64,000 nt of DNA from Candidatus Pyrohabitans jungbluthii (GCA_002010065.2 MTMD02000008.1:256001-320000), one strand, 5' to 3'; positions 21,492 through 30,907 are shown, counted from the stretch's first letter. The notes: generated by a model from the sequence alone, not told the origin. Made by a program: numbers and translations.

Positions 21492-22484
21492 ATGCGTCAA
21501 ATTAGCAATAATAATACGTATGAACGTTATAATTTACCTCGATTTATTTTAATATTAATCGCAATGAGTTCTATAACGCCTATTCTTGGAATTTTAAAGG
21601 AAATTTTCCCTAAAAGTCCTAATCTTTTCAATGTTGGTTATTTGTTCTCTATTGGTGTAATATTAATGTATGCATATAAGTCTGAGATTTTGGATGCATT
21701 ACGCTTTATTATTCCAAATAAAAAAATCCAAATGGAGAAGAGGTATACGACTCTTAGTATGATTTTATTTTTTACTGTTTTTATTTTATTAAATTCGTCC
21801 ATTTTAATAACTTCTTACACAGGAATCGATATGTATGGCTTTTTTGATAGATATTCAAAGTTAATTACCCTTACACTTAATGTAATAATAAATACATTGT
21901 TAGCTATTTTGGCGACTTTAATTTTTCAGTACCTTTACATACAATATGAGCGAAAAGATAAAAGTTGGAGGTCAATACCTATAACTTCAAGTACATTTAA
22001 ACTTGTTTTTATTCCATTAATCATTGTCTATATACCAATAGCTATAATGGGAAATGGAGGAATATATTATTTAGAAGCGTTCTTTCCTTTTGCATTAGCG
22101 TTTCTAGCTATTATTGGTTATACACATCCTTCAAATAAAGTTGAATTATTTATATTCAAACTACTATTAGTTACGTGTGTAATTTGTATGGTTTCTGGTT
22201 TTATTTTGGCTTCAATTGGGCTATTATTTGTTCTTAAGGATATTAAGACACCTACGAAGTGGGAAAGTATTATATCTTCCAAGGAGATTGATTGGGCAAA
22301 ACTTAATTACTCTCAAGAAAATTTTAAAGATGAATATAAAAATAAATTCAGAACAGGATTTTCCTGGAAAGTTATTATCGACATGATATATTTGGAATTC
22401 ATTGGAGTTATTACAACTTTAATAATCTACAGTCATCAACGCTCTTGCTTCCAACATAACTCAGCGGTGGTAAGAGACAATTAG
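21492..22484 (+). CDS. AT-rich orphan polytopic membrane protein (inserted cargo)
   Basis: 330 aa, ~8 hydrophobic segments, composition unlike flanking genes. Confidence 0.7.
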   Translation: MRQISNNNTYERYNLPRFILILIAMSSITPILGILKEIFPKSPNLFNVGYLFSIGVILMYAYKSEILDALRFIIPNKKIQMEKRYTTLSMILFFTVFILLNSSILITSYTGIDMYGFFDRYSKLITLTLNVIINTLLAILATLIFQYLYIQYERKDKSWRSIPITSSTFKLVFIPLIIVYIPIAIMGNGGIYYLEAFFPFALAFLAIIGYTHPSNKVELFIFKLLLVTCVICMVSGFILASIGLLFVLKDIKTPTKWESIISSKEIDWAKLNYSQENFKDEYKNKFRTGFSWKVIIDMIYLEFIGVITTLIIYSHQRSCFQHNSAVVRDN

Positions 22485-23750
22485 ACGGGGTTAAGGGTAT
22501 GTTCTCAATACTCCAATGAACTCTGGTATTACACCTAACTTAGAAATGGAAGCGTAGGACTTCTACTGGGGTGACAAACCGCTGCAACTTAGCGTGCTGG
22601 TATTGCTTCTACTACGCGGAGCGAGCGGGCTATGTTTACGAGCCCTCTCTCGAGGACATAGAGCGGATGCTGCGCTACCTTAAGGCACAGAAGCCTGTGC
22701 CGTGCAACGCTTTGCAGATCACCGGCGGCGAGCCCACGCTGCGTGAGGATATAGTGGAGATTATTAAGCTCGCAAAACGCTTAGGCTTTGACCACGTGCA
22801 GCTCAACACCAACGGCATAAAGCTTGCAGAAGATGCTGCGCTCGCGAAGGCAATAGTTGAGGCTGGGGCGGGAGTGGTGTACTTAAGCTTCGATGGTGTC
22901 ACCGCTAAAACCAATCCCAAGAACCACCGCTACATCCCTAAAATACTCTGGAATGCAAGAAGCGCAGGTATGAAGCTCGTGCTTGTTCCTACGGTGATAC
23001 GAGGAGTAAACGACCATGAGCTTGGGGATATAGTGGAGTTTGCCTTCACCAACCTCGATGTTGTACGCGGCGTCAACTTCCAGCCTGTTTCGCTTGTTGG
23101 TAGAATGCCCCAGGAGGAGCGGGAGAAGCACCGCATAACCATACCGGACGTTATTCGCGCTCTTGAGGAGCAGACCGGGGGAGCAATAGCGCGGGAGGAC
23201 TTCTACCCGGTGCCCAGCGTTTCCGCGATTTCCCACATTGTCGAGGCGCTCACAGGGAGAAAGCAGTACGAGCTTACAACGCATTTCGCGTGCGGTATGG
23301 CGACGTACGTCTTCAGAGACGGCAATCGCGTTGTGCCGATAACGCGGTTTATAGATGTTGAGGGGCTGCTGGAGTACCTCAACGAGAGCGCAGAGCGAAT
23401 CAATGGCGGAAGCAACAAACTGATGGAGAGGATAAAGCTTATCTCAGGAATAAGGCGCTTTATTGACGCGAGCAAAGCGCCAAAGGGGCTGAATGTGTAC
23501 TCGCTCCTCTTCGCTGCGCTGGTGCGCCACGACTACCGCGCCCTTGCGAAGTTCCACCATAACGCGCTGTTTATAGGGATGATGCACTTCATGGACCTGT
23601 ACAACTACGACATCGCTCGGGTCAAAAGGTGCTCCATCCATTACGTCACCCCTGACCTGCGCACCATACCCTTCTGCGCCTTCAACGTCTTGCCAGAGTA
23701 CTACCGCGATGCGATGCAGAAGGAGTACGTGGCGAAGAGGCAGGAATGAC

Positions 23751-24275
23751 TCAGTCTCCACCCTTGCCCGACTTTGAAAACTCACGGGGGTGACGCCTCT
23801 TACCCCTGCGCCTGAAGATGTCTCTCAGCTCCGTATGGATAAAGCCCTTCTCCTCTATGTCGGCGCGCTCCTCCTTTACAGTGAGCTTTATCACAACCAC
23901 AAGGGCAAGGATGAAGAAGGTTGCCATTCCAAGGGTGAGAGGTGGGATTTCAAGGGCGCCTGTGAGTATCACCTCCCTGAGCACGGCAACGAGCGCAATC
24001 TCTGCCATGAAGCTCACAGCAACGCGGTGCTCCTTAAGGTAAACTATGAGCATGCGGTAGGTCTCAACCAGTATCATTATGTACAGAATCTCTGAAACCA
24101 CGCGCTTGAATTCAAAGGCGTGGGATATCTCAAAGACTATCTTAAGGAGCACCTTCAGGCTTACGTAGAAAATTATGATGGAAAGGGCGATTATTATAAG
24201 GTCTTGGGTGGTCTCCAGAGTCTTCCTGAAAACATCGTGAACTCTGCGGTAAAGCACCTGTTGCTCCTCGCTCAT
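23751..24275 (-). CDS. Phosphate-starvation-inducible PsiE-family membrane protein
   Basis: LYIMILVETYRMLIVYLKEHRVAV..MAEIALVAVLREVI. Confidence 0.85.
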   Translation of the reverse strand: MSEEQQVLYRRVHDVFRKTLETTQDLIIIALSIIIFYVSLKVLLKIVFEISHAFEFKRVVSEILYIMILVETYRMLIVYLKEHRVAVSFMAEIALVAVLREVILTGALEIPPLTLGMATFFILALVVVIKLTVKEERADIEEKGFIHTELRDIFRRRGKRRHPREFSKSGKGGD

Positions 24276-25420
24276 TTTCTCCCACCCAGCTTTGCGCGCG
24301 TCGTCATAACCTCTCCGCCGCGAACGAAGGTTATCTCTATCTCCTGCCCCACCTGCTTGGAGGATATAATTTCCACCAGCTCCTCCATGGAGGCGACTTT
24401 CTCTCCATCTATCTCAACGATTATGTCGCCGCCTATTGTGAGAATGTAGCCCCGGTAAATTACCTGCACCTCGCCGCCGCGCAGACCCGCTTTATCTGCA
24501 GGACTGCCTGGCACTACCTCAACAACCATAGCACCCTCCTTTACGGGAAGGTTAAGCACCCGCGCGAGTTCCTCGGTGACTGTTATACCCGTTATGCCGA
24601 GCCACGGGCGACGCTTTATCTCTCGATCTTCCTGAATCATCCTCTCCATTATAACCTTAGCCTTGTTTATGGGTATCGCGAAGCCTATGCCTATGCTGCC
24701 TCCGCTTGTAGTGAGTATGGCAGTGTTTATCCCTATAACCTCCCCGCGAGAGTTCACCAGAGGCCCACCGGAGTTGCCAGGGTTAATAGAGGCGTCCGTC
24801 TGTATTAACCCCTCCATTATGTAGCCATGCTCGCTGCGTATACTCCTGTTCAAGGAGCTCACTATGCCCATCGTCGCTGTGCGGTCCAACCCAAATGGGT
24901 TACCTATCGCTATCACCAGGTCGCCCACGCGCAGCGTTGAGGAGTCCCCCAAGGGGGCTACTTCCAGGTTCTCAGGGGGGTTGAGGATTTTTATCACAGC
25001 TATGTCGTTGGCAGGGTCGCTCCCTATTAGCTCCGCCTCATAGCTCTCCCCGCTGCTCAGTGTTACCTCAATCTCGTCGGCATTCTCAATAACGTGGTTG
25101 TTTGTGAGCACGTACCCGTCCTTGGTGACAACTATACCAGAGCCTGTGCCGCGCTGAGGGATTACCTCAAAGAAGAATCCACGCCTGAGCACCGTCGAGG
25201 TTATGTGAACCACGCTGGGTGAAACTCTGTTGTAGGCGAGGTTGACCACATCCTCAATCGAGCCCGTGATGTTAATCACCGTATACTTCGTCTCCACCTC
25301 TGGCGCAGGCTTCTCCAGAGAGAGAGTGGCGAGATAGCCACCTGCAGCACCCGCAACAAGCGCAACGAGCATGTAGGAAAGGAGTTTCACCACTTTATTT
25401 GGCTTCAATTTACCCACCAC
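24272..25420 (-). CDS. htrA: HtrA/DegP serine protease with PDZ domain
   Basis: GTGSG, LTNNHV, IQTDASINPGNSGGPL, PDZ; N-terminal TM. Confidence 0.95.
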   Translation of the reverse strand: MVGKLKPNKVVKLLSYMLVALVAGAAGGYLATLSLEKPAPEVETKYTVINITGSIEDVVNLAYNRVSPSVVHITSTVLRRGFFFEVIPQRGTGSGIVVTKDGYVLTNNHVIENADEIEVTLSSGESYEAELIGSDPANDIAVIKILNPPENLEVAPLGDSSTLRVGDLVIAIGNPFGLDRTATMGIVSSLNRSIRSEHGYIMEGLIQTDASINPGNSGGPLVNSRGEVIGINTAILTTSGGSIGIGFAIPINKAKVIMERMIQEDREIKRRPWLGITGITVTEELARVLNLPVKEGAMVVEVVPGSPADKAGLRGGEVQVIYRGYILTIGGDIIVEIDGEKVASMEELVEIISSKQVGQEIEITFVRGGEVMTTRAKLGGRK

Positions 25421-25503
25421 CAGCCCAAAGAGGATTAAGTTGATTATGCTCTCTCTTACTATAAAAACCCTTCCAGGCGGAGCAGCATAACGAGGTCAGC
25501 ATT

Positions 25504-25526
25504 TTTAGTAACATGATGTTACTAAA
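25504..25526. promoter_or_regulatory. Perfect Phr-type palindromic operator
   Basis: TTTAGTAAC-ATGAT-GTTACTAAA between divergent htrA and hsp20. Confidence 0.8.
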
Positions 25527-25557
25527 ATTTTTGACAGCGTGAGGGTGCATGGAATGG

Positions 25558-25580
25558 TATAGTAACAAAAAGTGACTAAA
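25558..25580. promoter_or_regulatory. Second Phr-type operator before hsp20
   Basis: TATAGTAAC-AAAAA-GTGACTAAA adjacent to the RBS. Confidence 0.7.
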
Positions 25581-25594
25581 AGGAGGTGATGTGC

Positions 25595-26095
25595 ATGTGG
25601 AGGAGAAGGAGGATATTTGATGATTTCTTCCGCGAACTTGAGGAAGTTGACAGGCTCTTCGACAGGATGTTCGAATCAATGCGCTCATGGCAGGGTGTCA
25701 ACCTTGAGGAGCCTCTCTACTGGGGATTCTCAGTGCGAGTAGGACCAAGTGGTGTACCCGAGATTCAGACCTTCGGCAATGTGGAGACCTCGCCAACGCT
25801 TCGCGCAGGCGTTCGCGAGCCCTATGTGGAAACAATGGTGGACGAGAAGAACGGCGAACTCGTGGTCACGGCGGAGATTCCAGGCGTTACCAAGGAGGAC
25901 ATAAAAATCAACGCCACAGAGAGCAGCGTTGAGATAGAGGCAGAGCGCGATGACAGGAAGTACCATAAGGTTGTTGCCCTTGATGCTGAGGTTGATCCCA
26001 GCTCTGCGAAGGCAAGGTACAACAACGGCGTACTCGAGATCAAGTTCAAGCTCAAGGCTCCGCCCAAGAAAGGTGTTAACGTAAAAGTTGAGTAA
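25595..26095 (+). CDS. hsp20: Archaeal small heat-shock protein Hsp20
   Basis: WGFSVRVGPSG.P.IQTFGN, AEIPGV.KEDI, A.YNNGVLEI. Confidence 0.93.
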   Translation: MWRRRRIFDDFFRELEEVDRLFDRMFESMRSWQGVNLEEPLYWGFSVRVGPSGVPEIQTFGNVETSPTLRAGVREPYVETMVDEKNGELVVTAEIPGVTKEDIKINATESSVEIEAERDDRKYHKVVALDAEVDPSSAKARYNNGVLEIKFKLKAPPKKGVNVKVE

Positions 26096-26108
26096 GGAGG
26101 TGGTGGGA

Positions 26109-26549
26109 ATGATGCCAGCAGTGTGGGAGGAGATTCGCCGACTTGAGGACAGGATGAACCAGCTCTTCCGTGAGCTCTGGAGCAGCTTCCCCCGCGCAGA
26201 GGAGCGCTTCCCAACCATTGCGGGAGTACGCAGCCCCTTCTGCGATGTGCAGGAGACTGACAAGGAGATAATCATAACCGCAGAGCTTCCGGGGGTTAGC
26301 AAGGAGGACATAAAGATAAACGCCACAGAGCACGAGGTGGAGATAGAGGCAGAGGTAAAGCGTGAGGAGGAAGAGAAGAAAGAAGGTTACCTCCGCAGTG
26401 AGAGGCAGTACTCCAAGTTCTACCGCTGCCTTGCTCTGCCAGCGGAGGTTGATCCCGGCAAAGCCAAGGCAACCTACAAGAACGGCGTGCTTGAACTTCG
26501 CTTACCTAAGGTACATGCAGAAAAGAAAACCAGCATAAAAGTTGAGTAG
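26109..26549 (+). CDS. hsp20: Hsp20/alpha-crystallin protein
   Basis: AELPGVSKEDI, SER.YSKFYR, ATYKNGVLEL. Confidence 0.93.
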   Translation: MMPAVWEEIRRLEDRMNQLFRELWSSFPRAEERFPTIAGVRSPFCDVQETDKEIIITAELPGVSKEDIKINATEHEVEIEAEVKREEEEKKEGYLRSERQYSKFYRCLALPAEVDPGKAKATYKNGVLELRLPKVHAEKKTSIKVE

Positions 26550-26552
26550 TCT

Positions 26553-27329
26553 TTATTTCCTTTTTTCTTTCCACTGTTTGAGCATAGCCTCGTGTCTGAG
26601 GCAAAGCTCCGGCTCTGAGAACTGGGCTTCTATAAGTTCTTCCTGCCAGTGGGCATTGTAAAGCCTGCATCGCTTTTCTTCACAAAAAGCTTCGCCAAAG
26701 AGCTGGTAAAACAACACCTGCAACGCGTAGCCTTTAAGCACCTCTCCCATGCGCACATCGCCATAATCTAAAATTTTTTGCCTGAGCTTCTGCTTGAGCT
26801 GAGCCTCAGCAAGGGGGTCTTCTCCGAGAAGGCGACGCTGAAGGTAAAACTCCGGGGGCTTTGCAGGCGCTTCGACAATGCCCGAGGTGGAGATTATCGC
26901 AGGGTAGCCCAGGATAACAGCGCGCGCATGGTACCGCCTGTCGTCGGTGTCGTAAGTTGCAAGGAGGCGAGATGTTATCACCAGGTGAAGCTTATCAAGG
27001 CTGATTTCACGCCTCGGGAGAAGGCTACGCATATAGCTCTGCAATGCGAAGCCGTCGTACAGCACGCCTCCAGCCTTTGCTTTGCCAGCAAGTACGCGCT
27101 GCTCATATTTAATCTCGCCGTACAGAGGCTCCTCCTGTACTACTGGCTTAGCCGGGTCGAAGATGCGCATCTTCGCTAGAGCTTTCGCCACATCTTCCAA
27201 GCTATGAGCAAATCTCGAGAAGAATCCCCCTCTCACCTCCACCCTTGCGCCCTTCTCCTCGAGGTAGCGTGCCAACTCGTGAAAGTCCAGTTCCTCTCCA
27301 CTTACCTCATTGTAGATAAAAATTTCCAT
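26553..27329 (-). CDS. DUF6775-like putative metallopeptidase
   Basis: RYHAR, IISTSGIVEAPAKP, FCE..RCRLYNAHWQEEL. Confidence 0.75.
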   Translation of the reverse strand: MEIFIYNEVSGEELDFHELARYLEEKGARVEVRGGFFSRFAHSLEDVAKALAKMRIFDPAKPVVQEEPLYGEIKYEQRVLAGKAKAGGVLYDGFALQSYMRSLLPRREISLDKLHLVITSRLLATYDTDDRRYHARAVILGYPAIISTSGIVEAPAKPPEFYLQRRLLGEDPLAEAQLKQKLRQKILDYGDVRMGEVLKGYALQVLFYQLFGEAFCEEKRCRLYNAHWQEELIEAQFSEPELCLRHEAMLKQWKEKRK

Positions 27330-27330
27330 T

Positions 27331-28113
27331 TTACTCTCTTTCAAGCATCTCCAGCGCAACCTCTGCGGCGCGCTTACCCGAGAGAAGCATTGCTCCGAAG
27401 GTCGGGCCCATTCGCGGCAACCCGTACACGGTGGAAACCGCCATGCCAGCGACGATTAAGCCGGGATGAGCCTCGCCTGTGTGCTCCACCACGGCGTCTT
27501 CGCTGCGCTCCACCCACATGGCACCGTAGCCGCGCACTTTCATCAGCCCTCTCCTCACGAGTGCGTTGACCACCTCTGCATCGTGGCCAGTGGCGTCTAT
27601 AACCACCCTTGCCTGAAGCGATATTGGGTCGACACAGGTTATCTCACGAGGAAGCGCAGAGATGGGCGTCCAGTTGATCACAACGCCAGCGACGCGGTTG
27701 CCCTCGCGTAGCACCACATCATCGACCTTGGTCATGTTAAGAATTCTCGCACCTGCGTCGCAGGCGGCGGCGATAAGCTTTGAGCACGCATGCGGGCCGT
27801 CGGTTACGTAGAGACCCTTAACGTACTCCTGGTAGGGCACGCCTATCTCGTCTAGCACCTTTTCGCCAGGAGCGCGCACTGTAACCTTATTCATCAGATA
27901 ACCGCCTATCCAGAAGCCTCCGCCTAGGTAATTGTTCCTCTCAATTATGAGGGTCTTTACACCCTTTGAGGCAAGCTCCTTGGCTGCGGTCAAGCCTGCG
28001 GGGCCGCCTCCAACTATTATAACATCGCTTTCAGCATACTCGCTGAGCATGCGCGAGAACTCGCCAACTATTGCCTGAGTAACATCCTTTTCCTCTACCT
28101 TCTCGAAGATCAT
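27331..28113 (-). CDS. thi4: Thiazole synthase Thi4 (Cys-type)
   Basis: [37 protein letters not shown]. Confidence 0.93.
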   Translation of the reverse strand: MIFEKVEEKDVTQAIVGEFSRMLSEYAESDVIIVGGGPAGLTAAKELASKGVKTLIIERNNYLGGGFWIGGYLMNKVTVRAPGEKVLDEIGVPYQEYVKGLYVTDGPHACSKLIAAACDAGARILNMTKVDDVVLREGNRVAGVVINWTPISALPREITCVDPISLQARVVIDATGHDAEVVNALVRRGLMKVRGYGAMWVERSEDAVVEHTGEAHPGLIVAGMAVSTVYGLPRMGPTFGAMLLSGKRAAEVALEMLERE

Positions 28114-28171
28114 GGCTATCAACCTCTGAAGCTTACTCTACCCTAACCTGCACAGCAATATTAAAAGAAGT

Positions 28172-28192
28172 CAGGGGTCTTGCGACCCCTCT
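28172..28192 (-). terminator. Hairpin downstream of tRNA-Met
   Basis: AGGGGTC-ttgc-GACCCCT inverted repeat followed on the minus strand by CTTCTTTT. Confidence 0.5.
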
Positions 28193-28195
28193 GTA

Positions 28196-28271
28196 TAGCG
28201 GGGGGTCGATTTGAACGACCGCTCTCCGGGTTATGAGCCCGGCGGGATGGACCTGGCTACCCCACCCCGCT
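28196..28271 (-). tRNA. tRNA-Met initiator (CAT)
   Basis: AGCGGGGTGGGGTAG...CCGGG-CTCATAA-CCCGG...GTTCAAATC...CCCCGCTA; A1-U72 pair and three G-C pairs in the anticodon stem. Confidence 0.93.
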
Positions 28272-28352
28272 ATGGTGCTGTTACTATGATATGGGGCAGA
28301 GATTACCATCATTATCCAAATATATAATCTTTTCCCTCGGGATGCGCTCGCC

Positions 28353-29348
28353 TCAGTGGGATATCATGCTGCGCAGGGGTATGTAGTACGCGTACTCATG
28401 GTAGGAAATCCCCGAGTTCCAGTGTCCCGTGAGCTTTGCTACGATTACGAAAAGGAAAAATGTGCCAAGGAGCAGAGCAGCGTAAGCGGTCTTCCGCAGA
28501 GGCAAGAAGCCAGTCACGGACATGGAAAGCGCCCCCTTAGGGCAGGCATCCACGCATGTGAAGCAGGCGTTGCACTCCGGGTTACGCACCACCTGCTTTT
28601 CATGAACCTTTATGCTGCTGTGGCATACGCGGGTGCATAATTTGCAGTTATTGCATCTCTCAACGTCCCTCCTAACGCCCGTTAAGCCAATAAAGCCCAG
28701 GATTCCGAGAAGTGCGCCGTATGGGCACAGATACCTGCACCAGAAGTTTCTTAATAACATGGACAGGAGCAGGAGGGCCGAAACGAAAATTATGGTATTT
28801 CTACCTGGATATATCCAGAAGTCCAGGAGCTTTGCATCCACCACTTTATAGTAAGGAGACTGGAGGAAGGCTGCGACAGCCTGTGGTGGCATGTCTATGA
28901 GCACCAACTTCAGGAAGAAGAGCAGGATAAGGTACTTTATAAGTCTGAGGGGCACATCTACCGCAGGAGGGAGCCTGAAGTTCCTTCCGAAGAGTCTGGC
29001 ACCAACCTTTCCCACCGCCTCGGAGAGCGCGCCCACTGGGCAAATCCAGCCGCAGAAACCTCTGCGGAAGAGCAGCGAAATCGTCAGAACGGCAAGGAAG
29101 ATTACAAGAGCCGCGGGATGGATTACGTCTATGGCGCGGTTAACCACGAGGTGCTTCAGTGCGACAAGCGCCCCCACTGGCATAAAGGCGTCCACGCTCT
29201 CAGGTCGAGGAACGTAGGGAGTCGTGCCCCCGGTATCGAAATGTCTGACGAAAAGGTAAAGGCGGTACCAGATGTAAATAGAGAATATAACAAAGAAAGC
29301 CTGGACGTAAACTCTCAGTCGCCCTTCATTTAATTTTACTTGCATCAC
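28353..29348 (-). CDS. Membrane 4Fe-4S binding protein (NapH/YccM-like)
   Basis: FCGWICP.G, WCRYLCPYG, CxxCxxCxxxC and CxxCxxCxxxCP. Confidence 0.88.
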   Translation of the reverse strand: MMQVKLNEGRLRVYVQAFFVIFSIYIWYRLYLFVRHFDTGGTTPYVPRPESVDAFMPVGALVALKHLVVNRAIDVIHPAALVIFLAVLTISLLFRRGFCGWICPVGALSEAVGKVGARLFGRNFRLPPAVDVPLRLIKYLILLFFLKLVLIDMPPQAVAAFLQSPYYKVVDAKLLDFWIYPGRNTIIFVSALLLLSMLLRNFWCRYLCPYGALLGILGFIGLTGVRRDVERCNNCKLCTRVCHSSIKVHEKQVVRNPECNACFTCVDACPKGALSMSVTGFLPLRKTAYAALLLGTFFLFVIVAKLTGHWNSGISYHEYAYYIPLRSMISH

Positions 29349-29436
29349 ATATAAGTTATTTTTATTAATTCATCTACGTTTCCTCGAACATGTTCGCACA
29401 AAAAACCTTTACAACGTTCCTTTCACAGCGCTGGGA

Positions 29437-29742
29437 ATGCTTGAAGTTTTAGTAAACGGAGATACCCACGAATACCTCTACTGGAGCACAGCCGAGGTTA
29501 TAGCTCGCGCTGTCGTGGTGGATCGCGAGGAAGAGGCTGAGATAAAGCTCATCAACGTTGCACGCCACCGCAGAGGCGAGGGGATAGGCAGCTTAATATT
29601 AGAGAGGATAATCTCAGACTTCGCCCACAAAAACCTAGTCACCTGGACGTTCAATGGAAGGACCTCGTGGTATGAGAGAAATGGCTTTGAAGTAGCGGAG
29701 GAGCGCGCATCTCTGTTAAAGATGGTGAGAAAAAATCAGTAA
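29437..29742 (+). CDS. GNAT-family acetyltransferase
   Basis: RRGEGIGS..L, WYERNGF. Confidence 0.75.
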   Translation: MLEVLVNGDTHEYLYWSTAEVIARAVVVDREEEAEIKLINVARHRRGEGIGSLILERIISDFAHKNLVTWTFNGRTSWYERNGFEVAEERASLLKMVRKNQ

Positions 29743-30272
29743 TAGAGAAGCTCCCTGAGCTCCTCAATGGCAACCTCTTTCTTTATCTCCTCGCGAATCT
29801 CGCGCTGGAGATACTCCACAACGCGCTTCGCCTCGTTTATCTTCTCGTGCTCCTTCATCAGCTCATGATAAAGCTCACGCAGCCTCTCCACGCGCTCCCA
29901 CCCTCTCATGCGAGAGGTTTCGTCCAGGCGGTGCATCACTTCTGCAAGCTTCGGGAAGGCTGTGAGCACTTCCTCATTGATCTCAGGCAGGAGGGTCTCG
30001 ATGTAAAAGTGATGCGGCGATATCTTCACCTCTATCAGGATGTCCTCGCTAATGTGGTAGTACTTCCTAGGTCTCCCTTTGTCGATCTTCTCCAAGCGAG
30101 TCTCCAGAATACCTGCCTGGCGCATCAACTCGAGGTGTTCAATAACCGCCTTCTGACCAATATTCAGTGTCTGAGAGAGCTCACTAACATAGCATGGCCT
30201 CTCAGACAGTAGCTGGAGAATCTCTCTTCGCGTTTCATTTCCGAGCATATTCAGGAGAATCTCCAGATTCAT
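29736..30272 (-). CDS. phr: Heat-shock transcriptional repressor Phr (ArsR family)
   Basis: LGNETRREILQLL..RPCYVSELS..L.IGQKAVIEHL...KGRPRKYY closely follows Pyrococcus Phr; divergent from hsp20. Confidence 0.85.
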   Translation of the reverse strand: MNLEILLNMLGNETRREILQLLSERPCYVSELSQTLNIGQKAVIEHLELMRQAGILETRLEKIDKGRPRKYYHISEDILIEVKISPHHFYIETLLPEINEEVLTAFPKLAEVMHRLDETSRMRGWERVERLRELYHELMKEHEKINEAKRVVEYLQREIREEIKKEVAIEELRELLYY

Positions 30273-30306
30273 GCCTATTAAAGCGGGCGTTAACAATGTA
30301 AAAAAT

Positions 30307-30329
30307 TTTATTAACAAATGGTAAGAAAA
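30307..30329. promoter_or_regulatory. Phr-type operator between phr and hsp20
   Basis: TTTATTAAC-AAATG-GTAAGAAAA. Confidence 0.6.
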
Positions 30330-30392
30330 AGTTCCTTTTCCGCAAGTTATTTATCTCCTGAGGCTTAAGATAAATATAGGGAGGTGGTAAGG

Positions 30393-30830
30393 ATGTGGAT
30401 AGACCCATTCGAAGAGCTTCGCAGCCTAGAGAGACGGATGAACAGGCTTTTTGAGGAGCTCCTCGGGGAGCAGAGGCAAACGCTGCTTCCGATGCGCGCT
30501 CCTGAAGTGCGCCAGCCATTCGCAGACATCATTGACACAGGGAAAGAAATTAAGGTGACCGTGGAGCTTCCAGGAGTGGACAAGGAGAACATCCAGATTA
30601 ATGCCACGGAAACAAGTCTGGAAATTAAAGCGGAGGTTAAGCGCGAGGAGGAAGAGAAACGAGGCGACTATGTGCGAAAGGAGCGGAGCTACAGCGTCTT
30701 TCAGCGGAGCTTTTCCCTTCCGGCAGAGGTGGACCCCAGCAAAGCGAAGGCAACTTATAAAAACGGGGTGCTGGAGATAACCCTGCCGAAGATTAAGGAA
30801 GAGAAAAAGACCAGCATAAAGGTGGAGTAA
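30393..30830 (+). CDS. hsp20: Hsp20/alpha-crystallin protein
   Basis: DPFEEL, VELPGVDKE.I, ERSYSVFQRSFSLP, ATYKNGVLEI. Confidence 0.93.
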   Translation: MWIDPFEELRSLERRMNRLFEELLGEQRQTLLPMRAPEVRQPFADIIDTGKEIKVTVELPGVDKENIQINATETSLEIKAEVKREEEEKRGDYVRKERSYSVFQRSFSLPAEVDPSKAKATYKNGVLEITLPKIKEEKKTSIKVE

Positions 30831-30843
30831 ACCTCCACCTTTT
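30819..30843 (+). terminator. Hairpin plus T-tract after hsp20
   Basis: AAGGTGGAG-taaac-CTCCACCTT followed by TT. Confidence 0.6.
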
Positions 30844-30846
30844 AAT

Positions 30847-30895
30847 ATTTCTTACTAAAGGTAAGGAAATTATTTAGTAACAAAAAGTTAGTAAA
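30847..30895. promoter_or_regulatory. Phr-type operators upstream of trx-cdc48-cdc48
   Basis: ATTTCTTAC-TAAAG-GTAAGGAAA (30847) and TTTAGTAAC-AAAAA-GTTAGTAAA (30873). Confidence 0.7.
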
Positions 30896-30907
30896 AGGAG
30901 GCCTGGA

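Larger units (their letters stand above)
21120..23749 (+). pseudogene. tes: Disrupted tetraether lipid synthase-like radical SAM gene (Tes/GDGT-MAS, MJ0619 family)
   Basis: 5' piece ...TTSSLCPECHALLKAEIFEREGRVYM (21120-~21250); DFYWGD remnant at 22558-22575; body VTNRCNLACWYCF...VYEPSLE...GVNFQPVS...CSIHYVTPD..IPFCAFN (22571-23749); ~1.3 kb foreign insert in between. Confidence 0.8.

Noticed and set aside
22448-22497. Possible integron attC site (TTCCAAC...GTTAAGG) after the AT-rich cargo gene
   Set aside because: The R boxes are not complementary, the internal stem is weak, and there is no second cassette or intI
21250-22570. Intein or intron as explanation for the tes interruption
   Set aside because: The insert is not in frame, lacks intein C1/HN termini, contains a transposase fragment, and conserved host codons are deleted
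28114-28195. TPP riboswitch upstream of thi4
   Set aside because: No CTGAGA/ACCTG...AGCG core in the right orientation; the hairpin is better explained as the tRNA terminator
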